Below the pieces are notes generated by a model. It was not told the origin of the DNA and made no database searches. It was given only the letters and a program-made list of their open reading frames with translations. A program made the position numbers and the translations under genes. Below are positions 1-13,420 of a stretch of DNA of 64,000 nt, piece by piece (position 1 is the stretch's first letter; each line of letters begins with the position of its first letter). This stretch comes from Sporopachydermia quercuum. Lineage: Eukaryota. The stretch spans positions 682,001 through 746,000 of the forward strand of contig BCGN01000001.1 of assembly GCA_001599295.1 (NCBI GenBank), given 5' to 3'.

Positions 1-328
1 GAGGGTTAGCTATTCTTTATCACTTGGAAGAATTAAAATCCTTTATGTGTAATGTCTGCACCATGAATGCGTCTGGGTGAAGCATAGAAATTGGTGTAAG
101 ACAGTTACAAGACTCGGTANATACTTGTTATTGGTCTCAGACCACAGCAGAAGCGATTGTTCTCGAGAACTAAAGTTGTAGTAATATAATAGTATAAAAC
201 TAGCTAGCACGCTTTTCAAGTGCTCATGTTAGCGATCTAACTGGTAGTGCCGATTGATACGATCAGTCATTAATTACACTCTAAAGCCATTTGACGGTCT
301 TTGATAACTACAAGAGCAATCAATCATT

Positions 329-3300
329 ATGAGCCTTGTACCTACAAGAAGATTCTCCGAAGATGACGGAATCTCATCAAATAACACACCTTCAAAAATT
401 CACGGCAGAGCTTACGATGCTGATTACATTTACGTACCTGTCATGGAATCGTCCTCAGTGAACTTCTCCAAAGTACTGAACTTTACGGNAGCTAAATCCA
501 ATGACCTGGTTGTTGCTAAAACAGACAAAATTGAAGTGTTCAACCTTACGAAGTCTTCTTCAAAACAGGAACCAACATTAATTTTGAAATCCTCTCTCAA
601 CCTCTTCCAGAAAATTATGGGCATGGTACAAATCACTCCTAGCAAGTGGAAGTTTGGATGGACCAACTCAACTATATTCAGCCCAGATCATCATACCGCA
701 CCATTAGATATGGTTGGCGTTTTGCTTGAAGATGGAACCTTTGGAATTGTCTATTACGAAAAAATTACCCAACGTTGTGAGATTGCTCTTGATTTCCGAA
801 CGAAAAGAACTAGACTTAGTGTTATTGCTCCTCTTTTATGCGGAGACTCCACAGGAAGAAGTATTGCCATTAACGACTCTGCCAATGATATTACTATTCT
901 GTTTATTGATCTATCCAACCTTGAAAAAGCTTACATTCATACATCAACTCATCAAACAGGTACGCTTGAGGCATCAAATATATACGACTTTGCTAAACCT
1001 GCTTCTATTCCTGATATGGGTATTATATCTATGACCTTCATTCCTCCTGATTCCAAGCATTCACTTGAAACCTCTCTAGCTTTACAAGTGGCAGACGAGC
1101 CTCATAAATCAATGAGAGACAAAGTAAACAACACGTTTATTCTAGCATGCTTAGCCAGAGACGTTTTCAAGGGCAGAATAGTTCATTTTTTCCGGTTCAG
1201 AAAACTGAAACCCAACCAACAAGTTGCAGGACCAAAAATCGTATCTGAGCTTGAATTCATCAACAAAATGCCCATTAGAGATGATAAATGCAATTTTATT
1301 GTCCCTGCTCCCAAGCTTTGTGGTGGTGTTTTTACTGTCGGTAGCAGATTCTGTGATTGGGTTCCTTTGACTTATGAGACTTTTCAGCACTACGTACCAG
1401 GTCGAATGTCGATAAAACTAGATAAGCCAACAGATAGATTCATCAGAGTGATCACATCGGTTGATCTGAAGACCAATTTGAAAGGCTATCCGGACGAATG
1501 TGTAAAGTTGTACGTTGGATGCGAAACTGGAGATATTTTCTCTCTCTATATAAAGGTTGTATCCCCTACGAAAATGCTATCTTCAAAGGTGGATTTAGGA
1601 AAAGTGACAGTTCCAACATGTATCTCGGAAATAACGCCGCAATTTCTGTTTGCTGGATCTCACTTATACGATTCTTGTGTGTGTGAAAAAATTGGGGATA
1701 AAGAATCTGGCTATAAGTTGAAGCACTTGATTTCGTTAGCTGGACTACCAGTGATTATTGATTTGGCAGTAGACTTTGAGAAGACAACCAATTCGTTGAC
1801 ATGTTATGCTGCTACTGGTGGGTTTTTCTCCTCTTCAGTTCGAAGGCTTCAATTCGGGTTGAAAACCGATGAAATAGAGGCATCTCCCATTGGACTATCG
1901 CTCGCCAATATAGGATCAATGATCCCTTTGAAAGATGATACTGTCATTCTGATAGATACAGTACTTGATGAAGAAACAAAGGTCATCACCTGGAGACAAG
2001 ATCCTTATATTGCAGACGTTCTAGATTCAAGAGTTGATCCTAGAGAAATGATTGCTGCTTGTAAAGAACTACATTGCATTGTTGCTAAAAATTGTTTGAT
2101 CAACACCATCGACACCGGAAATTTGGATTTTCCATGGAGTATATATGAATTCAGACCTTGTGATGGTTTCTTCACTGTTTCTGTTGTTTTCACTGATAAG
2201 TATGCTGTACTATTGTTTTCCAATAATGAATTAAGATTTTACAACACTACGAATGGTAAGGAGTTATTGTCATTTACTCCCAAAGAGGAAATTGCATTAT
2301 TTGACTGTGTATCGTTTCATGATAAGTACCATTTTTTCCTGACCTTCACCAGCATTTCCAATCCTCTACCTGGCATTTATGGATTTTATTGTGATCCTGC
2401 TGGTGAGAATCATAAAATTATTGATGTTGGTTCAACGATGATATCCTTATTGTCAATAACAGATGATAGCTCGATAGTTTCTAGTGTGAAATGTGTCTTC
2501 TCAGAACAGGATAACACTTTAGATATGTTCTTAGGTATGGAAGATGGAATGCTGAACGTTTATTCATTTTCAATCCATACCAGTTTGATAGAACAAAGTG
2601 TTGATGAAATGGATGGGATACAGAATGTTAGCTTACCATATGACCCGTATAATTTATCTGACGTTTCTATCAACAGTGCCAGTAACACCAATGATAATAA
2701 CAATGATAGTAACGAGAGCAAAATTAATGATTATGAATTTCTTACACTTGATGGCTTTTACATGGCAAAAATTGGATCTACCATTACATATTTAACGTGC
2801 GTCCATGAAGCAGATAGACGTCATGGGTTTATTGCCTCTTCCGGGGATTCTCTGGTGAGAATTTCATACAATGAGTCATCTGTTCATTACTGGAATTTCA
2901 CTAGTATCAATTGTGCATTGCCTTTCTTATGGTGTATCAAGTCTTATAATTCAGTGAAATCACCATTTTACGTTGACAATGTTAACAAAATTGAATCGTG
3001 CGATGAAGTAATTTCCATTCTAGCAACTGATGGTGAAACTCTTGTTTCCAAGAACATCTATTCAGACCATGCAGCCAAAGTTGATAGTTGGTCGTATAAA
3101 GGTTTAGTAAGAAAGATTATTAAACTGCCAGGTAATATTCTAGCTGTGGGCGGAATCAACATGCCTCAGGATAAACTCCCAGAAGAAACCATTAGCGAGG
3201 ACATTTATTGTGAGGCCCTCCTTGTCGATTGCAATACTATGGAAGAAATAGCAACTATTGAATTAGAACCTGGCGAGGAAATAGTTGCTATGTGTAATTT

Positions 3301-4819
3301 GAATTATAATGGCAATCAAGGACAACCCAATAAGGAGTTTTTCTCTAATTTCCATCAAGACAGCGCGACATCACCAGAATTGAAGCAAATTCTGTCCAAT
3401 ATGTTTGCTATTGGTACTATCTGTGTGTCAAAGAAAGTAAAATCAACAGTGACTAAATCCAAAATAAAAGTTTTTCGGAGATTTCCTAATAATAATTTTC
3501 TACTCCTGACTCAAGCTGTGACAAGAGATAATATTATAGCAATGGAAAACTATGGTGGACAAATGTTTGTTGTTGGAGTAAGCAACACTATTTTGCTTCT
3601 GGGCGTAGATATTGATAGCGATACAGGGAAGTGTTCTTTAAGACCTATGGTTAAGAAACCTTTAGAACTACCGTATCCTGTGACAGACATATCAATTCTC
3701 GACAAAGGAATATTTGTTTCCAATGCTATTCATGGTTATAATTTCTGTTGGGTTGAAGATAAGGAATCAGAGAGCGAGAACCATTTGTATGGTATCTCTG
3801 ATGAGAAGCTATGGAAATCTAACACAGCTAAACTGTCTACTATTCATATTGCTAAAACAAAAACTCCAGCATGTATAGAAGTAGTTGGATATCGAGAGAT
3901 TTTACTAGCCGATAGTCAAGGGAAAATCTCTGTTGTTTTCCAGGGTCAGCAATCATCTTATACACGTGAGGACGGAAGAGTGAATCCATTTTTTGACATT
4001 TCACCTACAGTATCGACGTTTTCGACAGATTTCAGAGAAAACATTAATGTCATCAAACGATTACAACCTGAGGACGATTTTTACGATTTGGAGGATTTAC
4101 CTATCGCTGTTATTGGTACTGTAAGTCAAACCCTTTGCTGATTTGTCCCATTCATAAGGAATTAGAAATAGTTTTCAAGTGTATATTATCATACTGTGAT
4201 TGAGATAATTATTATTTACTAACACATTTTCAGGCTGGAGGAGGATTATGGATTTGTCATGATAACAAGAAAACTGCCCAAGGAGTTCACGGTTATTTCA
4301 GACCCGTCAATGATCTGTTTGAAAATAGAAAATTGTATGTCCTTTTATGATTTATTGTCTTACTTTATTGATTATGATATAGATGGAAACAAAATCATGC
4401 AACATTCTCAACGTTATATGTACTATTGATACTAACCTATCTATAGGTCTCAATTTGAACAAAGCATTCGCTCGAAAATGTTTTATAAATCTCAGCAAAG
4501 AAATGAAGAGAATCAAGAAAACCAATGCGATAGAGAAGATGCGGCGTTGAGTTTATCATTCAATGCATACGATACTTTGAATTTCTACAAGCTTAAGAAC
4601 AGAAATGAAAACGAAACTGAGGGATTGAAGGATCCTGTTTTTCAAAAGAAGTGTTCAGATTTTCCGATTAGATTGGGTTTAAGTGCGGAATCTCCTGAAG
4701 GACCTATAGACGATGTACTATCATCTTACTCTAAAACAGTGCTGTACCACATAATGAGAGAGCCATTATCCAAGAATCTATTCTTTTCTGAAGCTCGAGA
4801 AGTTGCAGACAAGTCTTAG
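329..4819 (+). CDS. DDB1/Mms1/Rik1-family (CPSF_A-type triple beta-propeller) cullin adaptor, copy A; 3 exons, 1421 aa
   Basis: Exons 329-4120, 4234-4334, 4447-4819. Introns 4121-4233 (GTAAGT..TACTAAC..CAG, phase 0) and 4335-4446 (GTATGT..TACTAAC..TAG, phase 2); splicing joins in frame with ORF 4478-4819. Motifs GKVTVPTCI..FLFAGSHLYDS, LPVIIDLAV and TGGFFSSSVRRLQFG resemble DDB1 GETSIAECL..VVFVGSRLGDS, LGPIVDMCV and SGAFKEGSLRIIRNG as recalled. Confidence 0.75.
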
Positions 4820-5997
4820 GGTAATGTTTAACGGATAATAAGGGTTGTTTCTTGTTTATTGATTTTATTATCTTTTTGATATGAGAATGAGATTAGTCAT
4901 TGTCAATTTTAAGGTACAGTAACAGTGCGGATGAATAATAAATAAATATGTATGCAGATAAGCTCAAAAGTAAGTCTATATGGTAGTTCAATTATCACTG
5001 TAGTGTATCTTTGAAATTTAAAGAAAATCCCTGGCAAACTTCAGGAGCACGAGACAAGCGTAGTGGTTGATCTGTAATTATAAATCTCTTTGGAGATTGT
5101 TTGTCCTGCGCAAAAGCAACTTCAGATCACGTAACATAGAACCACATTTCGTCTGAAAAGTTCTAATCACATGGTTGTAAACAGAATCAAGAGTCTTTCT
5201 TAAGTAGCAGACGGCAACACAGTTGAAAGACTGTTAATGTTAGAACTGCTGCTTTCAATTTTCTTTCGAGCATCCAATATGAAGAAGGTCTTATCCGTTT
5301 TTGTTGTCAATCATGTGGTAATGTCTAGTGATGTACTCCATTACTCATTATTCATGTATGCTTCTGCAGAGTCAAACTCATTCAATGCAGAAGGCAGAAC
5401 ACTACGCTTTCGTTCAACAAATTGATTTGTTCAATTAGTTGAATCCGTATTTGATACCTTGTTCTCAATAATAATAAAATTTAAAATCAGACAAATATAT
5501 TCTTCAAAGTGGTAAGAATCTGAATAGTTCTCATCTCAACCTACTCAACCAATCTCNAATAGAATGCACAGCTAACGCATTATACTGCGCCATTCTGCAT
5601 CATCCTGCAATGTCGGCATCACTGTACAATTAACTGGTTTCTTCATATCTCATTCTCATATTCTTTGATTACCAGCAAGATTTTATTTATTCCTAATCAG
5701 CATCAATCATAACGACAAAATCGTTGGTTTAGAAAAGAAACAGAGCTCAGTAGTCTCCAATTCCTGCTTTATTCACTACTATTAGCTGACCGCCTTCTTA
5801 CACCTTTGCTCTTTAGTCAATATGCATCTTACACTGGGAGTGATCTTCGATAAGAAAGGACATTCCAATATCGATTGATACTGATACAACAGAAGTATAC
5901 CAAGTTGGAGTGNATTCGAAAATCAGCGGTTCCTTTACCTACTNTTCTCATCTAAGTGCAATATCAGCTGTAACGAACTTTATTAAAAATATCCGCC

Positions 5998-8900
5998 ATG
6001 TCTTTTAAGGCTAAACACAAAGCGTTAACTTCATCCTCCTACAAATTGCATCCTTTAGTGGAGAACACAAGTATCACCAATGCTTGCTATATCCATTTTA
6101 TCTCGTCATCAGAAAAACATCTTGTCACTTGCACTAGAGAACATATAAATATCTATCAGTTCGGTAAAAGTGGGCTACAGAAGGTGAGATCGGAAACCCT
6201 TGAAAATAAGGAAGACATCTTTCTATCAATGATACCTCTGAGAGTGCATCCTAAGAGATCCCTGATAAGTACTCTGTCGACAAATGCTGAAAAAGGTCTG
6301 AACATTTTAAGAATCCACGTATTGCGTAATAATGAGTTTTTCTCTGTCTCCACAATTCATTTTGAGCAATCAATGATTGATAGTTTACCTGCTTTGCAAT
6401 GTTTTGATCCTATGTCCAAAATATTAGTGGTTCTCACCAATCCTGGGACTCTTTTTATCGGCCAGATTAAAAAAAATACTTTTGGAGGNGATAGGAAGAT
6501 NCCGTCTCTAGACTTTAATGCTCTAAGAAAAGATGTGATGTTTTGGGAATATAGAATGCACGTCTCAATTCCTGCTTTGAATATTGTCAATATGGCCTTT
6601 CCTACTACCAAGGAAATATCATATGAGTTTCAAATCATTTACTCATTTACTAAAGGTAAAATATCTACTCCAGTATTTCTAGCTGTCTTACATAATAACA
6701 GCGAGAGTAGTAAATTTATTGAGATCTTTCAATTTGAACAGAGGGCGGAGAATAAGAAAATTCTTTATTCTGATGATTATATTAACTTGAAATCTATTTT
6801 CAAAGAAGAACTGTTAGATATCTCTGCGTCAGTAGTTCAACCTGCTTCAAGAGCNCTCGGTGGTTTATTTGTTATTGGCAAGCAAACTATTTACTGGATC
6901 CCTAGNCCCATTCCTTATATTGAAGAAAATTACACAGGAAGGATACCTAAGATTTATTGGAAAATACCAAACAGAATAGTGCAGATCCCATTGGCTTGCA
7001 TCATTCCTATTCAAGCTATTACTAGTCTTGAGGATAATGATACTCAGTATATTCTTGGAACAGAAACTGGTGAGACACTCATAATGAATATTGAGTATGA
7101 AATTGATGAGGAAGCAAATAAAAGGAATGGCAATGATCAAGTGGACGATTCGCGCGTAGAATTAATGAGAGAGAATCATTGGTATAATTATTCGACACCA
7201 CGATCCATTGTTGATTCAGATGATGAACTAGAAGAGAGATCGTTTAATGTTGTGGGCGTTAAAGACATAACTATCCACCCTTCTGGTAGAACAACGATTC
7301 CAACCTGTCTGGTACATCTGAAAGGTGAATACTTCTTTGCCGGTTCTTCTATGCATAATTCATGTTTGTTTTCTTATGATTTCTCTGATCAGCTGTTTAA
7401 ACCAATTCAGGAACTAATTGGATCTCCTCCGATTCTTGATATTGCGGTAGAGATAAATGCAAAGTCAAATACTTTCACTGCATATTCTGCTGCTGGTGGA
7501 TTCTTTAGCGGCTCCATCAAAAAATACTCCTTCGGTTTGAAAGCAACAAATCACGTCTTCACAGGAATTGAGGTAAATCCAAGCATCAGTGGTGTCAAAA
7601 CTGTGGGGAAAGACTTGCTGNTAATTTCTTCTGATGATCCTGAAGAAAAATACCAGTGGTATAAAATTGATTATACTACAATGAATACTAAGAAAATTAA
7701 CTTCCCTTTACCGTTAATTGAAAATATCATTGGTTTCAATGATCGCAAGAACTTGATGTTTACTGGCACTTCAGTCATAAACACCAAATTTCTTACTATC
7801 GAGCCTTTGCCTTTTTTGAATGAGAAAATCGGCAAAAAGATAACTTCTATCGCCACATCTAATGATCAAACATGTTTTCAAATCGGTGACTCAACACTAG
7901 TAGTAACGGATGAAAATTTCCAAGAAATCGCCTGTTATGAAAACTCTGATGAGATTTCTAGTTTTGATTTCTGCTCTTTCTATTATAAGGGAAGCAATGT
8001 GGTAATCATTTGTTTCTACAAGAACAATGGTGATATTATGTTTCTTAAATTTGCTGCCACTTCAAAAGGTTCGAAGAGAAAGAGACATTTTGCTAATCAT
8101 CAGAAGGAAAGCAATAGACGAAGTACACTTGAATTGGATCAAGAGAAGCTTGTATCGAAAGAAGCTTCTCTTTCAGATCTGAAAGTAACCCGCGCTTTTG
8201 AAGATGCAGCTGAAAATCCTGACTCGTGTTATATTTTCATTTGGGCCCCAACAACAGGTGGTGTGCTTAATATTTATGCTTACTCTGTTCATGATGATTT
8301 ACTGAATACCGTCCCTTTGATGAGCCTGTCAGTAAGCAGTTCTGCTATCTCATTATCGAAATGCTCTGAAACTAAGCAGTTTTGCGATATAATTATTCAA
8401 ACCGAGCAACAGCTTTTCACAGTGAAAAGATACTCACTAGCTTTACATTCCACCTCGGAATTTACCTATTGTTTGGTGAAAATATGTGGGAATAGTCCTG
8501 TGTTACATTCTATTTGCTACGAGAACAAGCTGTTAAATGAACGAGATCCGTTTGCTGAATCTGACCCTTTACATTGCTATTGCTTGGTAACGTTAGACAG
8601 GAGTGATAATGTATGCATATCTTTGGTTGATGATAAAATATCTTGTGATCACGAGATTCTAACATTGAATATGCTCGTGAGGAGGATACTGTATAATGAA
8701 CGTCGGAATTGTATTATTGCTGGAGCCGTTTCTTTTGCTGGTTTACTTAATCAACCAAATGTTGGTGATCTGAAAAGCCTGAGTAACAGTAGTCAACAGC
8801 TTGAATCATTTGTTTTATTGGTTGATAAGAATAGCATGAAAGAAGAATTCAGATTCAAGCTTGGTATTGGTGAAGAGTTTACTTCTATGTGTTCTCTTGA

Positions 8901-10244
8901 TCTTGATGGTAACCAAAGCAATTTTGATTTGTTTTCCGACGATAACAAGATCAAATTTGCTGTTCTCGAAGAATCTATTGATACAGAAATACGGGAATTG
9001 TTTTCTCGACTTATAGTTGTTGCCTCAAATGAAATGGTATCTTCGTTAAGTACTTTACGATTGTTTGAAATAGAACGAGGAAAGAGTAGGAAACTGAAGG
9101 AATTACATAAATTCACAACTCATCACGACATTCTNGCAGTTGCAAATTATGGAGGCCAAATGTTTGTTGTTGGGGAAGGTAGCAACTTGTCATTGTTTGG
9201 AGTATATGAGCGAGATGGAAAGTTAGTTATTGACCGAGCGATGTATCATAATGGATTTGCCCAAGATCAAATAACGGAAATCACCATTCGAGATAAAGGT
9301 ATCGTTGCTTCAAGGTTAGGTTCTGGGTATACATTAGGTAGAATCAATGATGAAAGTGCAAAAGATGAAAGACTTCCATATGGGCAAAACGATGAGATCA
9401 TCAGAAATCATGGAAAAGGCAAATTTGTAGTACGNTCATCGAATGATGGAGCATGGCCTTTAGCGGTTGAACTGGTTGGACCAAGTACTTTCATGATGTC
9501 TTATGACAATAATAAGACGTCTTTTTTCAGATTCAAAGGAGATTGCAGTGAAGAAAAGAATGCTGATAAACGATTGGCGAAAAGAGACAAAGGTAATACT
9601 TATTTCAACATGATGAACAAGTATGAGCAGACCGGTTCATTGATTGAATTGTTCGACGGTGTTAATGTCATTAGAAGTATTCCAACAAAGCTCTCAGATG
9701 GGTTGCACCTCAAGAGTAATAAAACGAGGCCGGCTGTTCTGCTTGGGACTGTATGTTAATATTTGAAATATTGTTATTTGGAGCAGTTAATTTGGAGCTG
9801 AGTTCTTTGATGATTATTTGATGTGCTAACAATTGATAAACGTTTAGAAATCTGGAGCCATATACTTTTTGGATGAGAACATTGACAAAGAAAGCTACGA
9901 GGACAATAAATAGTAAGTATTTTACGACAGCATGTGTTTGAATGCTCGTGCTTATCATATCCTATGATATTTTTGATTTCTGGTTGACTAACACTTATTT
10001 TTCCTCTTATTAGCAATAGGGTGGAATTTCCAAATTCTCAGCTTCAGAATAGTCACTCTAACCAGGAGAATGTAAGTCATGCATCAAGGGATAGTGCTGG
10101 TTTGAAAAGATACAACTTGTTTCCAGTGTTTGACTTTGTGACTCATATTCTCTCTGCTTTTAGGTAGGACGGAAGGCAGGTTATATGGATTTGGGTAGTT
10201 ATTTGAATGTCTTATTTCATGGCTATGTAACTATAGAAAATTGA
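5998..10244 (+). CDS. DDB1/Mms1/Rik1-family cullin adaptor, copy B; 3-4 exons
   Basis: Exon 1 5998-9750; intron 9751-9847 (GTATGT..TGCTAAC..TAG, phase 0); exon 9848-9912; intron 9913-10013 (GTAAGT..GACTAAC..TAG, phase 2); exon from 10014. It ends at TAG 10165-10167 or, if 10072-10163 is a third intron, at TGA 10242-10244. Same motifs as copy A (GRTTIPTCL..YFFAGSSMHNS, PPILDIAV, AGGFFSGSIKKYSFG, NYGGQMFVVG). Confidence 0.72.
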
Positions 10245-10653
10245 ACTGTTTATATTATGATGCAACTGCTTGCAATAACCGATAGATACAATTCTTACAA
10301 TACTCATCGTTTCACCAATCCGTATTCTATTAAGATATATTTATAGTACATACATTATGTAGATGCGTAAGTAAGTTATAACCATTTCTAGCATTTCATG
10401 ACTGATGAAAAATCGTAAGTCATGAAATGTTTCCAAGTTCCAGAAGTATATACAACAAAACTAACTGAATAGTTCAAGTCAAATTATCATCATAGTATAA
10501 TCATTTATACTTAGGATAACAATCATGCTATCCATGTACATAAAAGATGACACTAAATTGATTATAATATACCACTAGAACAGAAACATCTAGATCAGGC
10601 ATATTGCTTTAAAAAAGTAATTGAGTACACATAAAATCCATAAAGCGTAGAAT

Positions 10654-11034
10654 TTAAATGAGTAAAGTCTCAATTTTGTCCTTAATAGCAAAGATCTGAG
10701 TCTTCAATTGAGAAGCATCGTTAGATGTGACAGATGCAGCAATAACTGGTCTGGAAACACCACAAGCTCTTCCGAGAGCAACTCTGGAAGGAACGAAAAC
10801 ATAAGGAACGTTCTTATCTTCGCATAATAAAGGCAAATGAAGTAAAATTTCAATTGGTTCAGTATCAGCTGCCATGACAATAAATTCAGAGATACCTCTG
10901 TTGAGTGTCTTAGTAGCTTCGTTAGCACCTTTCTTTAATTGTCTCAAGTTGGCAGATTGTTGAATAACGTCTAAAATTTGTTGAGTCAAAGCTGAATCAG
11001 CTAAAGGAAAAGCCTTAGGATTAGGAGCAGACAT
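10654..11034 (-). CDS. SNU13: 15.5K/Snu13 K-turn RNA-binding protein, 126 aa
   Basis: [42 protein letters not shown] is near-identical to yeast Snu13. True ATG at 11034; the ORF-track start is a non-ATG extension. Confidence 0.98.
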   Translation of the reverse strand: MSAPNPKAFPLADSALTQQILDVIQQSANLRQLKKGANEATKTLNRGISEFIVMAADTEPIEILLHLPLLCEDKNVPYVFVPSRVALGRACGVSRPVIAASVTSNDASQLKTQIFAIKDKIETLLI

Positions 11035-11323
11035 TTTGAACTGAATTGTAACGATTAATCGGATTGTCTTTAAGTATAAGATATAACTTTGAGGTTGTTT
11101 ACTGAGATAGTTGTTTGCTTGCTGATTGTCAACCTGGGGTGAAAAGGTTCCTTGCAATCTGTTAGCTCGCCTTTATCTTTGATAAGATTATTACAATCTT
11201 TATTGTATCAAATTGAATGATAAATTGATGAGAAGTTTTGGTTTCGTTGATGGTAAGTTAAATCCTATATATTCTAACCAACTGATGCATGAATAGAAGA
11301 GAAAGAAGTTTTCAGTGTACTAC

Positions 11324-11333
11324 TGAAAAATTT
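11324..11333 (+). promoter_or_regulatory. RRPE (ribosome-biogenesis promoter element) upstream of SNU13
   Basis: TGAAAAATTT about 290 bp upstream of the SNU13 ATG; fits a ribosome-biogenesis gene. Confidence 0.55.
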
Positions 11334-12009
11334 CTTAGCTATTTGAGAAAAAGATAATTTGTTAGAGATTGAATATTCACGCTTACTACTGTATTCATGG
11401 TATATTTGATCATACCTATATGATCATATATGATTACTTAATCAATATCTACATATATATCCTTCGGAGTAAGTTCACAGNAGCAAATTCTGAATGTATG
11501 GGTGTAATTATGCAGCCGAGTTCACACTTAGAGTTCATGCTGACATGCAATTCTCCTGCATTAAACCTGTATTACCGATATTTCTCGCATAATAACTCAA
11601 TGTATAAATATGCATTAATATACCACATCCGTAACCATGAGTATTCACATGTACATACTATATCATGTAAAATGTGTCTGCACAAATTGCCAACTACTTC
11701 TCATAATAGGCAGCCATTTCGTCCTGGGCTTCTTCCTTTTCTTTTCCAATGACTGGAGAGATACGAAGAGTTCAACTAAACATGATTCAAGAAAATAACA
11801 ATTATAAAATCACATTCTCCTGTAAAGAATTTAAGAATTGATCAATAGGATATATTATATTCCTGCTGGTAATTGATAGATTGTGTTGTTGTTTGTTAGA
11901 AGATAGCTGTCCTACCTAGCTTTATTACTGGGTTTATTTGTTTATAAAGCCAATTGCATCACTGATTACTTGAGAAAATACCAAATAATCAATCACAAAA
12001 ATATTTACA

Positions 12010-12459
12010 ATGTCTGATCTTTGGTATGTAAAGAGAGTTGAGTTGTTTGAAATTGAAGCAACAGATGATTGATTGAATTGTGGATTGATGAGAGATATAA
12101 ATGGTGATCTGATAGGAGGGAGGTTGAGGATACTACCAGTGAGACCGTAAATGACGTGTGACAACCAAGGTTTCAACAGTATTTTAGAATATGACATGAT
12201 ATAAGCTTGCAATTATGTTTTGAGAAATTAAAACGTTGGTTCAGTCAAGTTTGTCTTGATTGTTGTTCGAAGATAATACAATTGATAACAGCAGTTATGC
12301 GACTTTTCGGTTGGGTCAGATTGATCAATAAATCTACAATGTAATATCATCACTAAATGCGCTGAAGGTGAAAAATAGAGTAGAGTTTCGTTATACTGAA
12401 ATCAGACACAAAAAATTCTTACCATTTTGACTTTCTCGGTGTTCACACTGGCATTCACC

Positions 12460-12498
<39 letters not shown>

Positions 12499-13420
12499 GT
12501 CAGTCAGTCAGTCAGTCAATCAGGCTGTTGATTTTTACTTCATATGACACAATAGGAAAAAGTTTTCATGATATTTGTTGTGCCTATCATAAAATTACCT
12601 ACTAACTGCTATATTTATTTAGCCCGGTTTACGCTGTATGGATTTGTTTTTGAACATAAGCAGTTTGCTTGAACTATGTGGAATATGCGTATAGATATCA
12701 GAATGCATTATTACTACTGCGTCATATTCCTACCTTTTTCTTGGCTTTCATTCTAACTCTTTATTATCAGCCATTTTTTGGATCTATGGGATGTGCTGCT
12801 GCCATCATCTTCACCTGTATGTTTTCATTTGTTTTGTAGTATGATGTGATAGTGCATTCAAGAACACTTGCATCTATACTTTGATATTATTTTGACCGTA
12901 CATTTCATTATCTAACACATATATTAGGTTTCGGTGCTTCTTACGGTACTGCTAAAGCTGGTGTCGGTATTTGCGCTACCTGTGTTTTAAGACCTGATTT
13001 ACTTGTCAAGAGTAAGTATTAGTTGCATAACATATTATTGAATACCTAACTCAGCATATTGAACAGCTCCATACTAATATTGTGATCATTATAGATATCA
13101 TTCCCGTCATTATGGCAGGTATCATTGCCATTTACGGTTTAGTCGTCTCCGTTTTGGTTTCCGATTCCCTTAAACAACAGCAAGCCTTATACACTGGTTT
13201 CATTCAACTGGGTGCAGGTTTATCTGTTGGTTTGGCAGGTTTAGCTGCTGGTTTCGCCATTGGTATCGTTGGTGATGCTGGTGTTAGAGGTACTGCTCAA
13301 CAACCAAGATTATTCGTTGGTATGGTTTTGATTCTTATTTTCGCTGAAGTCTTGGGTCTTTACGGACTTATTGTTGCTTTATTGTTGAACTCTAGAGCAA
13401 CTCAAGATGTTGTTTGTTAA
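12010..13420 (+). CDS. VMA3: V-ATPase V0 proteolipid subunit c; 5 exons, 160 aa
   Basis: Exons 12010-12023, 12623-12635, 12771-12816, 12928-13011, 13095-13420 total 483 nt and give [73 protein letters not shown]. Donors GTATGT, GTATGG, GTATGT, GTAAGT; branch points TACTAAC, TTCTAAC, ATCTAAC, TACTAAT. Confidence 0.97.
12461..12523. repeat. Compound tetranucleotide microsatellite (CAAT)n(CAGT)n in VMA3 intron 1
   Basis: caatcaatca accaatcaatcaat...cagtcagtcagt..caatcag read directly. Confidence 0.95.

Noticed and set aside
5040..5430. Possible decayed coding relic between the DDB1-like genes (ORF 5237-5425 and a minus-strand frame)
   Set aside because: Frequent stops and no recognisable similarity to either paralogue or any family.
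10402..10427. Hammerhead ribozyme core CTGATGA..GAAA
   Set aside because: No stem II can form between the motifs; the sequence is better explained by the simple inverted repeat.
11369..12212. ORFs 11369-11752 and 11934-12212
   Set aside because: Non-ATG starts and AT-rich non-coding composition; they overlap the SNU13/VMA3 promoter and VMA3 exon 1/intron 1.
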